The notes under the pieces are model-generated. The model saw nothing but the letters and a program-made list of their open reading frames with translations. It ran no database searches and had not been told where the DNA came from. DNA of 64,000 nucleotides. Source: an uncultured Rhodospirillaceae bacterium. Lineage in GTDB: Bacteria > Pseudomonadota > Alphaproteobacteria > Rhodospirillales > UBA2165. The stretch spans positions 25,806 through 89,805 of the forward strand of contig CAZXSC010000002.1 of NCBI GenBank assembly GCA_964643045.1, in the 5' to 3' direction. The position numbers and the translations under genes are program-made. Shown one piece after another: positions 49,609-59,791 of this stretch; positions within the stretch are counted from its first letter, which is position 1, and each line of letters opens with the position of its first letter.

Positions 49609-50553
49609 TTAAGACGAGCCCTCTTTAATGGTAACCGTATTTTGGCTATTTCTTGAAGTTCCCCTATCAATATTAAGATACATCAATAACGGTACTGCCA
49701 AGCATATTGATGAATAAGTACCGACAAGCACACCCCATATCATTGCAAAACTGAACCCACGGATTACCTCGCCTCCCAGAATATATAACGACAATAATGC
49801 CAATAATGTCGTGGCAGAAGTCATGACAGTACGAGATAACGTCTCGTTAACTGAATTATTCAGTAATTCTAGTAGTGGAAGGGATTTGTACTTTCTCAAA
49901 TTCTCCCGCACCCGATCAAATACAACTACGGTATCGTTGATGGAATAACCCGCAATAGTGAGTATTGCCGCAACTGTCGATAAATTAAACTCTATTCCCA
50001 TGAGTGCAAATATACCAATTGTCGTTATTACATCGTGGCAAAGAGCTAAAATTGCCCCTATCCCAAACTGCCATTCAAATCGAAACCAAATATAAAGAAG
50101 AATACCAATTATGGCTAATATGACCGCTAATACACCATCCCGGAACAATTCTTCACTCACTTTTGGTCCCACAAATTCAGTGCGTCGGTATTTGGTAATT
50201 GGACTAAGTTTTCGTTTAACTTTATCGATTGCAGCTTGCTGGGCCTTTTCACCACCAGCTTGCTTTTGAATCCGAATAAGAATGTCCGTTGGAGCTCCAA
50301 ATTCTTGAAGTGACACTTCACCGAGATTTAAATTCGCAAGCTGCTGACGCATTTCACCTAATTTACCGGCCCTGTCGACCCGAACTTCAATTAAGATACC
50401 ACCTTGAAAATCAATCCCGTAATTAAGACCACGAGCAAAAAACATTGCCACTGAGATCAGAATTAACACTAAAGAAATTCCAAAAAAACTCTTACGTTGC
50501 CCAACAAAATTTAGATTTGGCTTAACAGGAATAAGATTTATTGGTTTCACCAT
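49609..50553 (-). CDS. secF: Protein translocase subunit SecF
   Basis: MVKPINLIPVKPNLNFVG..., GIDFQGG, and a C-terminal six-TM RND-like domain. The ATG at 50553 has GGGAGG upstream, 7 nt after the secD stop. Confidence 0.94.
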   Translation of the reverse strand: MVKPINLIPVKPNLNFVGQRKSFFGISLVLILISVAMFFARGLNYGIDFQGGILIEVRVDRAGKLGEMRQQLANLNLGEVSLQEFGAPTDILIRIQKQAGGEKAQQAAIDKVKRKLSPITKYRRTEFVGPKVSEELFRDGVLAVILAIIGILLYIWFRFEWQFGIGAILALCHDVITTIGIFALMGIEFNLSTVAAILTIAGYSINDTVVVFDRVRENLRKYKSLPLLELLNNSVNETLSRTVMTSATTLLALLSLYILGGEVIRGFSFAMIWGVLVGTYSSICLAVPLLMYLNIDRGTSRNSQNTVTIKEGSS

Positions 50554-50560
50554 GCCTCCC

Positions 50561-52138
50561 TTAAATTGGAACTTCCGTAATACGCCGATTTCTAATCCAA
50601 GCAACCACCATCAATCGAGTTAACATGATAGCTGTGAACATCGAAGTCACGATTCCTATCGACAAAGTTACGGCAAAACCGCGAACTGGACCCGATCCAA
50701 AATAAAATAAAATTAAAGCAGCGATAAGAGTAGTTAAATTAGCATCAACGATTGTTGTTATCGCACGACTGTATCCCGCGTCAATCGCCGAGATGGGGGT
50801 CCTGCCTGCTCTCACCTCCTCCCGGATTCTCTCAAATACTAACACATTAGCATCGACTGCCATGCCGATAGTAAGAACTATTCCGGCTATACCAGGCAGA
50901 GTCAATGTTGCCTGCAATAATGATAAACTGCCAAGTATCAATACCATATTTACCAACAGCGCAATATCAGCAAAAAACCCAAATACGCCGTAAGTCACAA
51001 TCATGAATAGGATAACCAAAATAAGGCCAACAATAGACGCAATTTTTCCGGCCGCAATACTATCGGCACCCAATCCCGGACCAACAGAACGTTCTTCCAA
51101 AATTGTAAGAGGGGCTGGCAAAGCCCCAGCCCGCAAAAGGAGCGCGAGATCCTGAGCGCTGCTTATAGTAAAATTTCCACTAATCTGCCCACTGCCACCC
51201 AAAATAGGCTCGCGGATAACTGGTGCAGAAATTACTTTACCATCTAAAACTATTGCAAATGGACGGTTGACGTTACGCTTTGTCACATCACCGAATTTCT
51301 TGCCACCTAGGGTATCAAAACGAAAGTTCACAATAGGCTCTCCGGTACGACTATCAAAAGAAGGCTGCGAATCAATAAGCCGGTCGCCTCCGACAGCAAC
51401 TCGTTTTTTTACTAAATAACGCCGTGGCTGACCTTGCGAATTTTGATCTACAGAAGTCAAAAGCATACTTCCCGGTGGGACACGCCCCTGCGTAGCTTCC
51501 ACCATAGAACCTTTGTGATCCAACAAATGAAAACTCATTTTAGCCGTTTTTCCCAGTAGCCTTTTGAGTCGCTCTGGATTATCAAGACCCGGCACCTGAA
51601 CTAAAATGCGATCTTGTCCTTGACGCTGAATAGTCGGTTCACGCGTTCCGGTTTCATCAATTCGCCGACGAACAATTTCGATTGACTGACTTACCGCAGA
51701 GCTTTTTATGGCCCGAAGCGCTTGTTCGCTAAAATTAACTGTTACCCGATTATCCTCGGCGACAATTTCTAGATTCTTATCAGCACCTACGGCAAGTTTC
51801 TGTGCTTTTTCTAATTTATCCCTATCACGCACCAAAAAAGTAGCAGCATCATTGCGGGCTCTTAGTCCCGTGTAGCGTATTTTATTTTTTCTCAAAACAA
51901 CCCTAATTGCATCAACTATACTTTCAAGGCGTTCACGAACCACGGAGGATACTTTAACTTCAAGCAACAAATGGGATCCTCCTTGAAGATCAAGTCCAAG
52001 ATTAACCTGTTGATGCGGCAGCCAATCCGGCAGGCGCTCTGTGGTCTCTTTCTTCAATGCGTTAGGAGCAGCAATTACTAACCCAATCAAGACAATACCC
52101 AATACGATTGCAGTCTTCCATTTAGAAAAATAAACCAT
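50561..52138 (-). CDS. secD: Protein translocase subunit SecD
   Basis: 525 aa. LGLDLQGGSHLLLEV, a periplasmic P1 domain, and C-terminal TM bundle LPGIAGIVLTIGMAVDANVLVFERIREE. Confidence 0.95.
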   Translation of the reverse strand: MVYFSKWKTAIVLGIVLIGLVIAAPNALKKETTERLPDWLPHQQVNLGLDLQGGSHLLLEVKVSSVVRERLESIVDAIRVVLRKNKIRYTGLRARNDAATFLVRDRDKLEKAQKLAVGADKNLEIVAEDNRVTVNFSEQALRAIKSSAVSQSIEIVRRRIDETGTREPTIQRQGQDRILVQVPGLDNPERLKRLLGKTAKMSFHLLDHKGSMVEATQGRVPPGSMLLTSVDQNSQGQPRRYLVKKRVAVGGDRLIDSQPSFDSRTGEPIVNFRFDTLGGKKFGDVTKRNVNRPFAIVLDGKVISAPVIREPILGGSGQISGNFTISSAQDLALLLRAGALPAPLTILEERSVGPGLGADSIAAGKIASIVGLILVILFMIVTYGVFGFFADIALLVNMVLILGSLSLLQATLTLPGIAGIVLTIGMAVDANVLVFERIREEVRAGRTPISAIDAGYSRAITTIVDANLTTLIAALILFYFGSGPVRGFAVTLSIGIVTSMFTAIMLTRLMVVAWIRNRRITEVPI

Positions 52139-52177
52139 ACAGTCTACAAATCACTCCAAAAAATTATTTTGGCCAAA

Positions 52178-52570
52178 TTATTTTTTACCGGTTCCTAGGA
52201 ATTTACCAAGAATCCCGCCGCCATCATTATTCGATGTATTTACCGCATCACCTGAATTCGGCTGAGATTTTGGTTGGACACTAGCAATTAGTGTGCGCTG
52301 GACTCTGATTTTAATACCTTCGGCAATTTCAACAGCAAGTTCTTCATCATTGACTACCTTAGTAACGGTACCAATAATACCACCTCCTGTTACAACTTTA
52401 TCACCCCGAACTATAGCAGCTAACATATTTCGATGATTCTTTGCGCGTTTTTGTTGTGGCCGAATTAAAAGGAAATAAAAAACAACAAAAATTAAGACTA
52501 AGGGTAATAACGTAGCAAAGCCTCCATCGGCCCCACCTGCGCCCTGTGCAAAAGCTGGCGAAATGATCAT
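52178..52570 (-). CDS. yajC: Preprotein translocase subunit YajC
   Basis: LLPLVLIFVVFYFLLIRPQQKRAKNHRNML...GDKVVTGGGIIGTV. AGGGAGA RBS before the ATG at 52570. Confidence 0.9.
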   Translation of the reverse strand: MIISPAFAQGAGGADGGFATLLPLVLIFVVFYFLLIRPQQKRAKNHRNMLAAIVRGDKVVTGGGIIGTVTKVVNDEELAVEIAEGIKIRVQRTLIASVQPKSQPNSGDAVNTSNNDGGGILGKFLGTGKK

Positions 52571-52920
52571 TTGTATCTCCCTAAACAATAATAATTCGCG
52601 GAATATACCCCGCTAATCACTCAATGCAATCTCTATCTCAATCTATGGCGTTCCAAAAATTGATAATAATTTCGGTTGATTTGCGTTTTTCCTTTTTTAT
52701 TTACATATCGAATACGTGTTTGTTTAGATGAATTCCACAAACTATACGATCTCGTTAAACCGCTATACTAATATAAGGTATTGAGTCCAATAATTTATTT
52801 CAGGAATTATTTTAAATTATGGTATATAAAATTAAACACTCTATGAATTTATTGACGAAAATAATACTTATGGTAGGTTCCCGCCGTTTATAGTTATAGA
52901 ATACGTTGGAGATAATCAAA

Positions 52921-53778
52921 ATGGCAAACCAAGAGCTTGGACCTTTATTGGAACGAATAGCGAATGCTTTAGACCGCTTAGCTCCGCCTACCAAGAAAAA
53001 GAAATCTATTGATGATGCAGATGCCTTCGTCTGGCATTCAAACCCAGAACAGTTGGAAGCAATCCATAATGTCAATCGAATTGAACTTGGTCTATTGCAC
53101 GGAATTGATCAACAAATTGGAATTCTTTTAGATAATACTGAACGTTTTGCAAATGGATTTGCGGCTAATAACGCATTGCTTTGGGGAGCCCGTGGTACCG
53201 GCAAAAGTTCACTAGTAAAAGCCCTGCATGCTGAAATAAATAAAAAACTGAAGTATAAACTGGTACTCGTCGAAATCCACAGAGAAGATATTCCAACTCT
53301 TCCGCAACTACTTCAAATACTTGCAGCGAATGAACGACGTTGCTTATTATTTTGTGATGATCTCTCTTTTGAAATGGAAGACGTAACTTTTAAGTCTCTG
53401 AAAGCAGTATTAGAAGGTGGAATAGAAGGTCGCCCAAATAACATTATTTTTTATGCAACATCAAATCGACGCCATTTAATGCCACGCGATATGATAGAGA
53501 ATGAAAGATCAACCGCTATTCATACGGCGGAAGCGGTGGAAGAGAAAGTTTCACTCTCAGATCGTTTTGGTCTATGGTTAGGCTTCCATCCTATAAAGCA
53601 AGACACATTCTTTCAAATAATTGATGGATACGTCGAACACTATGATTTAAAGATTGATAAAAAAGAAGTTCATGCCGAAGCATTAGAGTGGTCAATGACC
53701 CGAGGCGCACGATCCGGCCGGGTCGCATTTCAATATATTCAAGACCTTGCCGGCCGTCTAGGGAAGAGTATTGAATAA
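52921..53778 (+). CDS. DUF815-family AAA-type ATPase
   Basis: Walker A LWGARGTGKSSLV and Walker B LLFCDDLSFE. Divergent from yajC. The ATG at 52921 has GGAGAT 7 nt upstream. Confidence 0.8.
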   Translation: MANQELGPLLERIANALDRLAPPTKKKKSIDDADAFVWHSNPEQLEAIHNVNRIELGLLHGIDQQIGILLDNTERFANGFAANNALLWGARGTGKSSLVKALHAEINKKLKYKLVLVEIHREDIPTLPQLLQILAANERRCLLFCDDLSFEMEDVTFKSLKAVLEGGIEGRPNNIIFYATSNRRHLMPRDMIENERSTAIHTAEAVEEKVSLSDRFGLWLGFHPIKQDTFFQIIDGYVEHYDLKIDKKEVHAEALEWSMTRGARSGRVAFQYIQDLAGRLGKSIE

Positions 53779-54866
53779 CTGCTAACCATCAACAAAGATG
53801 TTGCACGTTTTTTAATTAACTTAGCCGTAAGCCGCTTAAGATGCCGAAGGGGATTGATGGCTCGTTTTCCTTTACGCACTTCAAAATGAAGCTGAGGCCG
53901 AACCACGTTTCCAGAAGCTCCAACTTTAGCTATAACCTGTCCTTTAAGTACTTTATCACCGCGCTTTACTAAAAGGGATTCGTTATGAGCATATGCTGTA
54001 ACCCACCCCCCCGAATGCTTAATCAACAATAAATTGCCAAAACCACGTAATTCATTTCCGGCATAAGCAACCACACCCCCCTCGGCGGCACGAACGGCAG
54101 ACCCCCGAGGCGCTACAATATTAATACCATCATTATGTAACCCGTTTCCCTTTGAACCGTAAATTGAGGTCAACTTACCTCGAACGGGCCAATTAAACCG
54201 GCCAGAAGTTTTTACTCTTGGAGGAATAATATTTTTTGGCGATTTTTTAACGAGCTTGGTGTTTTTTCGTTTGATTAGAGGTTGATCCCGCAGGTTCTCT
54301 TTGCCAATTACTGGATTTTCCATGCTGAGTGTCTTTTTTTGTTTTAAACTGGGTAAAACTCTTATGTTTCTTTCGACTAAAATACCTTTGGGTGAATCTA
54401 AATCGCCCGTAGATGGTAACACGAGTTTCTGACCGATATAAATTCGGTAAGGTGATAACAAGTAATTCAACTTGGCCAATTCATAAACATCTACGCCATA
54501 ACGACGTGAAATTTGGTACAGCGACTCACCACGCACCACTTCATGCTTCCGCGGCCTTGGCAAAATTAATGATTGCCCGCGTCTCAATCTATAAGGCGCT
54601 GTCAATTCATTTACTTCAATAATCTCCTGAGCCGAGACCCCATAACGACGGGATAAAAGAAACAAGGTGTCACCATTTTTGACTTGGACAACCCCACTAG
54701 CTGGAATTTGTAAATACCTTTCGTTCCGAACCGAAAGAGTGCCAACTGACGAACGACCCTTTCCGAGGTTTCTAACTTGCCCCTCTGGAGGCCATTGCAA
54801 ATTGCCACAGCCCATCAATAATAAAAGCAGGGTACTGATTATTAATTTTTTACAACGATCTTCCAT
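53739..54866 (-). CDS. LysM-domain M23 metallopeptidase lipoprotein (NlpD-like)
   Basis: Lipobox LLLLMGC. Two LysM-like repeats (VKNGDTLFLLSRRYGVSAQEIIEVNEL and VVRGESLYQISRRYGVDVYELAKLNYL). M23 core HNDGINI...HSGGWVTAYAH...QLHFEVRKG. Confidence 0.88.
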   Translation of the reverse strand: MEDRCKKLIISTLLLLLMGCGNLQWPPEGQVRNLGKGRSSVGTLSVRNERYLQIPASGVVQVKNGDTLFLLSRRYGVSAQEIIEVNELTAPYRLRRGQSLILPRPRKHEVVRGESLYQISRRYGVDVYELAKLNYLLSPYRIYIGQKLVLPSTGDLDSPKGILVERNIRVLPSLKQKKTLSMENPVIGKENLRDQPLIKRKNTKLVKKSPKNIIPPRVKTSGRFNWPVRGKLTSIYGSKGNGLHNDGINIVAPRGSAVRAAEGGVVAYAGNELRGFGNLLLIKHSGGWVTAYAHNESLLVKRGDKVLKGQVIAKVGASGNVVRPQLHFEVRKGKRAINPLRHLKRLTAKLIKKRATSLLMVSSYSILFPRRPARS

Positions 54867-54893
54867 GGGTTCGTCAATTAATTCGTAAAAATG

Positions 54894-55556
54894 TCAACTT
54901 TGAGCACCTGTTGCTTCTTCAGGTATAAGGGGTACGAAACGAACGTCCCGTAACTCTTTAGTTTCGAGGCCCCTATCTTTTTTAGTAACTCTTAAAACCG
55001 TCTGAATATCTTCGCCATGGCCTATTGGAAGAATCATTATGCCACCAATGGATAGTTGATCAGCCAGAACAGACGGTATATCCACCGCAGCTGCTGTGAC
55101 TATAATTCGCTCAAAAGGAGCCTGAACTGCCCACCCTAGAGTGCCATCACCAACCTTACTAGTGACATTACGAATACGCAGCTTATCCAGACGTATTTCA
55201 GCTTCCTCTAGCAAAGGGGCGTGACGTTCGATTGTATATACCCGGCGACACATGTTAGCTAAGATTGCTGTTTGATAACCAGACCCTGTTCCCACCTCAA
55301 GTACTTTTTTCCGATCATCAAGGGCTAACGCTTCGGTCATCAAACCAACAATAGCCGGCTGACTTAACGTTTGTTGGTAACCAATCGGCAAAGCTATATC
55401 TTGATAAGACCGATTTCTAAAAACTTCAGGCACAAACATCTCTCTAGGCACGCGCTCCATTGTGGCTACCACATTCAAATCAGTTACACCTGCCTGCCGG
55501 AGGGAGAGTATAAGCTCCATTTTTAAAGTTTCAGAGTCAGTATTGTTTAAATTCAT
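54894..55556 (-). CDS. pcm: Protein-L-isoaspartate O-methyltransferase
   Basis: TLSQPAIVGLMTEAL, VLEVGTGSGYQTAILA, and LSIGGIMILPIG. Confidence 0.93.
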   Translation of the reverse strand: MNLNNTDSETLKMELILSLRQAGVTDLNVVATMERVPREMFVPEVFRNRSYQDIALPIGYQQTLSQPAIVGLMTEALALDDRKKVLEVGTGSGYQTAILANMCRRVYTIERHAPLLEEAEIRLDKLRIRNVTSKVGDGTLGWAVQAPFERIIVTAAAVDIPSVLADQLSIGGIMILPIGHGEDIQTVLRVTKKDRGLETKELRDVRFVPLIPEEATGAQS

Positions 55557-55586
55557 ATAATACAGTCCGATTGCAGATTGTTCTCT

Positions 55587-56381
55587 CTAATTTCTAAAAG
55601 CCTTACCCAGTTTTGTAATCATCATTTTGTGGGTTAGATCCACTGAAAGCGGTGTTATTGAAATCCTACCACTTTGGATCGCCGCCAGATCTGTACCAGG
55701 AGAATAATCCCCCGAATGTCTTTGTGCTCCGATCCAATAATATGGCTCACCTTTTGGGTCATTACACTCAATAATCTCATCCCACAGCTCACGTCTACCC
55801 TCGTGGGTAATCTCAATTCCCGATACCTCTTTATTGGGTACAGGGGGAAAGTTAACATTTATTAAAACTCCAGACGGCCAAGAGATAGAAGTTACCTTTT
55901 TGATAATTTTTGCAGCGTAGACTTCTGCAGGTGACCAATCGACTTTATCGCCAACTACATGATCCTCAACTCCCTGACTGAGCGCGATTGCTGGGATCCC
56001 AAGCAAAGTACTCTCCATAGCAGCAGCTACAGTGCCTGAGTAGGTAATATCTTCACCAACATTCACTCCTCGATTGATGCCCGATAAAATTAAATCCGGG
56101 GGATGTTTTTGCATAATTTGATTAATCGCCAACTTTATGCAATCGGTCGGCGTGCCGTTCACACTGAATGAATTTCTAGATATTTTATTTATCCGTAGAG
56201 GCAAACGGATTGTCAATGAGTGAGCAGCCGCACTTTGCTCCCTGAGAGGAGCTACAACCCAGACCTCTTTGGCTAGATTATTAGCAATTCTTATCAATTT
56301 CTTGATACCTGGTGCGCCAATGCCATCATCATTGGATACCAATACACGGCAGTCTTTTAAACTAAGCGGGGCCTTAAACAT
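55587..56381 (-). CDS. surE: 5'/3'-nucleotidase SurE
   Basis: VLVSNDDGIGAPGI, GTPTDC, SGINRGVNVGEDITYSGTVAAAME. Confidence 0.93.
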   Translation of the reverse strand: MFKAPLSLKDCRVLVSNDDGIGAPGIKKLIRIANNLAKEVWVVAPLREQSAAAHSLTIRLPLRINKISRNSFSVNGTPTDCIKLAINQIMQKHPPDLILSGINRGVNVGEDITYSGTVAAAMESTLLGIPAIALSQGVEDHVVGDKVDWSPAEVYAAKIIKKVTSISWPSGVLINVNFPPVPNKEVSGIEITHEGRRELWDEIIECNDPKGEPYYWIGAQRHSGDYSPGTDLAAIQSGRISITPLSVDLTHKMMITKLGKAFRN

Positions 56382-57651
56382 CAGCCTCGATTATTTCAAG
56401 CCCGCCCATATAACTTCGCAGTACTTCAGGCACGACAATCGAACCACCTTCTTGTTGATATCTCTCCATTATCGCTATTAATGTTCGCCCAACCGCCAAG
56501 CCGGAACCATTTAGCGTATGGACATAATTCGTGTCTTTACCTCCACTAGGTCGATAACGTGATTTCATCCTGCGTGCTTGAAAGTCGCCACAATTGGAAA
56601 CGCTAGAAATTTCACGATAACGACCCTGACCGGCTAGCCAAACCTCAATATCGTAGGTTTTACGGGCAGAAAAACCCAGATCTCCGACGCAAAGGTTAAC
56701 GACACGGTAAGGCAAATCGAGCCTTTTGAGTATTTCCTCTGCACACCCTATCATCTTCTCATGTTCTGTGTCCGATTCGTGTGGCGTTGTTATAGCAACC
56801 ATTTCAACTTTAGTGAATTGATGCTGGCGAATCATTCCACGTGTATCTTTACCAGCGGAGCCTGCTTCGGACCTAAAGCAAGGTGTAATCGCCACATAGC
56901 GCTGCGGTAAATTTTCCTCACTCACTAAGGCATCGCTAACAATATTAGTCAACGGGACCTCTGCAGTGGGAATTAGATAAAACCCATCAACTGTTTTGAA
57001 AAGATCTTCTTCAAACTTGGGTAATTGTCCCGTACCAAAAAGAGCCTTATCACGCACAAGTAGAGGGGGGCTAAACTCGGTAAATCCATTCTCATTAATA
57101 TGCAAATCAAGCATGTAATTTGCCAACGCCCGTTCCATACGTGCAAGAGCCCCTGATAGAAAAACAAAACGTGCACCGGATATTCGGGCAGCAGTTTCAA
57201 AGTCTATCAGGCCCAACGATTCACCAAGTATAAAGTGCTCTTTGGGAGTAAAAGAAAATTTGATGTGTTGACCCCAATTACGAAGTTCAATATTATGTTC
57301 TTCATCTTGCCCCTCAGGTACGTCATCTGTTGGGATATTTGGCAACATAGCAAGTGTCATATCGAGTTCTTTACCAACGGCTTTTGCTTCTTTTTCGGCC
57401 GTCGCTTGCATTTTTTTTGAGACGGAAACTTCTTTTATTTCCTCCGTTGTTTCTTGGCCCTTGGATTTCATTTCACCGATCAATTTTGAAAGTTGGTTAC
57501 GACGTGTCTGCATTTCCTGAGCTTTAGTCAGGGCATTACGGCGGCGTTCATCAATCTCAATAAGCTTTTTAGCGAGAGGTTGAATGTTGCGGCGTGCCAT
57601 ACCTGCATCAAAGTGATCAGCATTTGCCCGAATTGACTTAATATCAAACAT
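56374..57651 (-). CDS. serS: Seryl-tRNA synthetase
   Basis: MFDIKSIRAN, a coiled-coil arm, class II motif 2 CFRSEAGSAGKDTRGMIRQHQF, and motif 3 NGSGLAVGRTLIAIME. Confidence 0.96.
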   Translation of the reverse strand: MFDIKSIRANADHFDAGMARRNIQPLAKKLIEIDERRRNALTKAQEMQTRRNQLSKLIGEMKSKGQETTEEIKEVSVSKKMQATAEKEAKAVGKELDMTLAMLPNIPTDDVPEGQDEEHNIELRNWGQHIKFSFTPKEHFILGESLGLIDFETAARISGARFVFLSGALARMERALANYMLDLHINENGFTEFSPPLLVRDKALFGTGQLPKFEEDLFKTVDGFYLIPTAEVPLTNIVSDALVSEENLPQRYVAITPCFRSEAGSAGKDTRGMIRQHQFTKVEMVAITTPHESDTEHEKMIGCAEEILKRLDLPYRVVNLCVGDLGFSARKTYDIEVWLAGQGRYREISSVSNCGDFQARRMKSRYRPSGGKDTNYVHTLNGSGLAVGRTLIAIMERYQQEGGSIVVPEVLRSYMGGLEIIEADV

Positions 57652-57715
57652 CTTAATTTCCATACCCTCAAGTTATATTACACAAAGGCTCAAAATCTTA
57701 TAAACTAAGCTAGCG

Positions 57716-58522
57716 TTATGAATTGTTAAAATTTGTTTCTTCAATAACCTCTTCCTCGGATTCAGCCTTTTTCTTCTCAACTATGCGTACCGCAATGATA
57801 GAAACTTCGTAGAGGATTATTATTGGAATAGCCAGTCCGATCTGGCTGATGATATCTGGCGGCGTTAGAATCGCAGCCGCTATAAATACAATCACCAAAG
57901 CATATTTACGCTTTGCCGCCAGCCCATCAGACGTCGTAATTCCGGCTCGTGCTAGCAAGGTGAGGATAACGGGAAGTTGAAAACTAATTCCAAATGCGAA
58001 GATTAAACGCATAACGAGTGAGAGATACTCATTCACTTTTGCTTCTAGCTGGATTGGCAATCCACCAGATAGTCCTGCGGACTCAAAACTTAGAAAAAAC
58101 TTCCAAGCAAGTGGGAAAATGAAATAATACACCAGTGCGCCGCCTGTAAAAAATAAGATCGGTGACAAAACAAGGTAAGGAGCTAATGCCATCTTTTCAT
58201 TTTTATATAAGCCTGGGGCAACAAATTTCCAGAACTGCAGAGCAACGAATGGGAAAGAAACAAAAATAGCGGCCCAAAAGGACACCTTTATATATGTAAA
58301 AAAAGCTTCATGAAGAGCAGTATATATTAACCGACGATTCTGGCCTTTCTCATGCATAATCTCTGCAAGCGGTTCAACCAAAAAGCTATATATATGTTCT
58401 GAACCAGCATAGGCACCGCAAAAAACGACGAAGACTGCAATTACCGAGTACATTAAACGATTACGGAGCTCAATAATATGATCCAGCAATGGCGAGGTAT
58501 TTCGTTCGATTTCCTCGCTCAA
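57716..58522 (-). CDS. tatC: Twin-arginine translocase subunit TatC
   Basis: 268 aa, six TM. LLDHIIELRNRL, FVAPGLY and LTPPD motifs. Confidence 0.93.
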   Translation of the reverse strand: MSEEIERNTSPLLDHIIELRNRLMYSVIAVFVVFCGAYAGSEHIYSFLVEPLAEIMHEKGQNRRLIYTALHEAFFTYIKVSFWAAIFVSFPFVALQFWKFVAPGLYKNEKMALAPYLVLSPILFFTGGALVYYFIFPLAWKFFLSFESAGLSGGLPIQLEAKVNEYLSLVMRLIFAFGISFQLPVILTLLARAGITTSDGLAAKRKYALVIVFIAAAILTPPDIISQIGLAIPIIILYEVSIIAVRIVEKKKAESEEEVIEETNFNNS

Positions 58523-58983
58523 GTCTTAGTTTCCTTCATGGGTTTATTTGGATTTTCCCCTGATACCTCTTCTAACGTGCCATTTGATAGTTCTTGTGAT
58601 CTTTCCTCTGAAGAACCATTTTCTTCAATTGTTCCTTCCTTTGGTTTATCATCATAGGAATGATCATCTAGATCAACAGGGCTTGAAAACTCGTCTCCAC
58701 TAAAGTCAAAAGCATCTTTAATGTCCCCATCAGCATCGATTGCATTCTCCAGCACTGTATTAGCGTTGAGCGAACCAACAGAGTCGATTTGCTGTTTTAC
58801 TTCACTGAGCTCGGTGTCTTGAATCATCTCATCAATGTGGCCGCGAAACTCGTTGGTCATTGACTTAGCTTTACCAACCCACTGTCCGACAGTCCGCAAA
58901 ACTCCTGGCAGTTCCTTTGGCCCAATTACAATAATCGCCACAATTAGGATGATGGTAATTTCGGTCCAGCCGATATCAAACAT
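58519..58983 (-). CDS. tatB: Twin-arginine translocase subunit TatB
   Basis: MFDIGWTEITIILIVAIIVIGPKELP N-terminus, an amphipathic helix and an acidic tail. 4-nt overlap with tatC. Confidence 0.85.
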   Translation of the reverse strand: MFDIGWTEITIILIVAIIVIGPKELPGVLRTVGQWVGKAKSMTNEFRGHIDEMIQDTELSEVKQQIDSVGSLNANTVLENAIDADGDIKDAFDFSGDEFSSPVDLDDHSYDDKPKEGTIEENGSSEERSQELSNGTLEEVSGENPNKPMKETKT

Positions 58984-59034
58984 TTACATTACCGATTTAC
59001 AAAATAAGGCTGCAAAAACGTTCATATCAAAAAA

Positions 59035-59265
59035 TCAACTTTTGACTGAACTCTCTTTATCCTCAGATTTCTCGGAAACCCTGGTTGCGACGTTATCAGC
59101 GGCAACTTTATCTTTTTCTTGCTGCGCAGGTTCTTCTGCCATACCCGACTTAAAATTCTTAACGCCCTTCGCAACGTCTCCCATAACTTTTGGTAATTTT
59201 CCAGCACCAAAAATAATTAAAACTATCACAAGAACCAGGACAACTTGCCAAACACCAATGCCCAT
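59035..59265 (-). CDS. tatA: Twin-arginine translocase subunit TatA
   Basis: [39 protein letters not shown]. Confidence 0.9.
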   Translation of the reverse strand: MGIGVWQVVLVLVIVLIIFGAGKLPKVMGDVAKGVKNFKSGMAEEPAQQEKDKVAADNVATRVSEKSEDKESSVKS

Positions 59266-59407
59266 TTAACTAAACTCCTATCAATTATATTAACCTTCGA
59301 TTCGGATAATGGCAGAATCGAAAGAATAGAGCAATAATTGGACCAAAATCATTTAATAACAATGTGTTATAGGAGGTAACAAATATTTGGATCTTCTCAA
59401 ATTAAAG

Positions 59408-59722
59408 CTATGGGCTATTCCCACCCAGACATTTTGGAGACGGCATCGTCAAACCACCTTTTTCAAACCATTCGGCCGGGGTCAATGTCTGCAAAGCCAA
59501 CGCATGAATATCTTTTTCCAACTCGCCGGCCAAAATCTTATTTACTCGTTGATGTCTACGTACTAATTTTTCACCTTCAAATTCTTCTGAAATAACAATA
59601 ACTTTAAAATGAGATTCGGATCCTGGGGGCACATTGTGCATATGGCTCTCATTAATGACCTCAAGTCCTTCGATCCGAATTGCATCAAATAATTTTTGTT
59701 CTATCCTATCTCGCACAGTCAT
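59408..59722 (-). CDS. BolA-family protein
   Basis: 104 aa. LEVINESHMHNVPPGSESHFKVIVISEEFEG...VRRHQRVN...IHALALQTLTPAEW. Confidence 0.8.
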   Translation of the reverse strand: MTVRDRIEQKLFDAIRIEGLEVINESHMHNVPPGSESHFKVIVISEEFEGEKLVRRHQRVNKILAGELEKDIHALALQTLTPAEWFEKGGLTMPSPKCLGGNSP

Positions 59723-59791
59723 TTATCCATTCCAAAATTAGAACTGTTATTATTATAGTCCTATTACATAATTACGTAAATATTTCCATTC

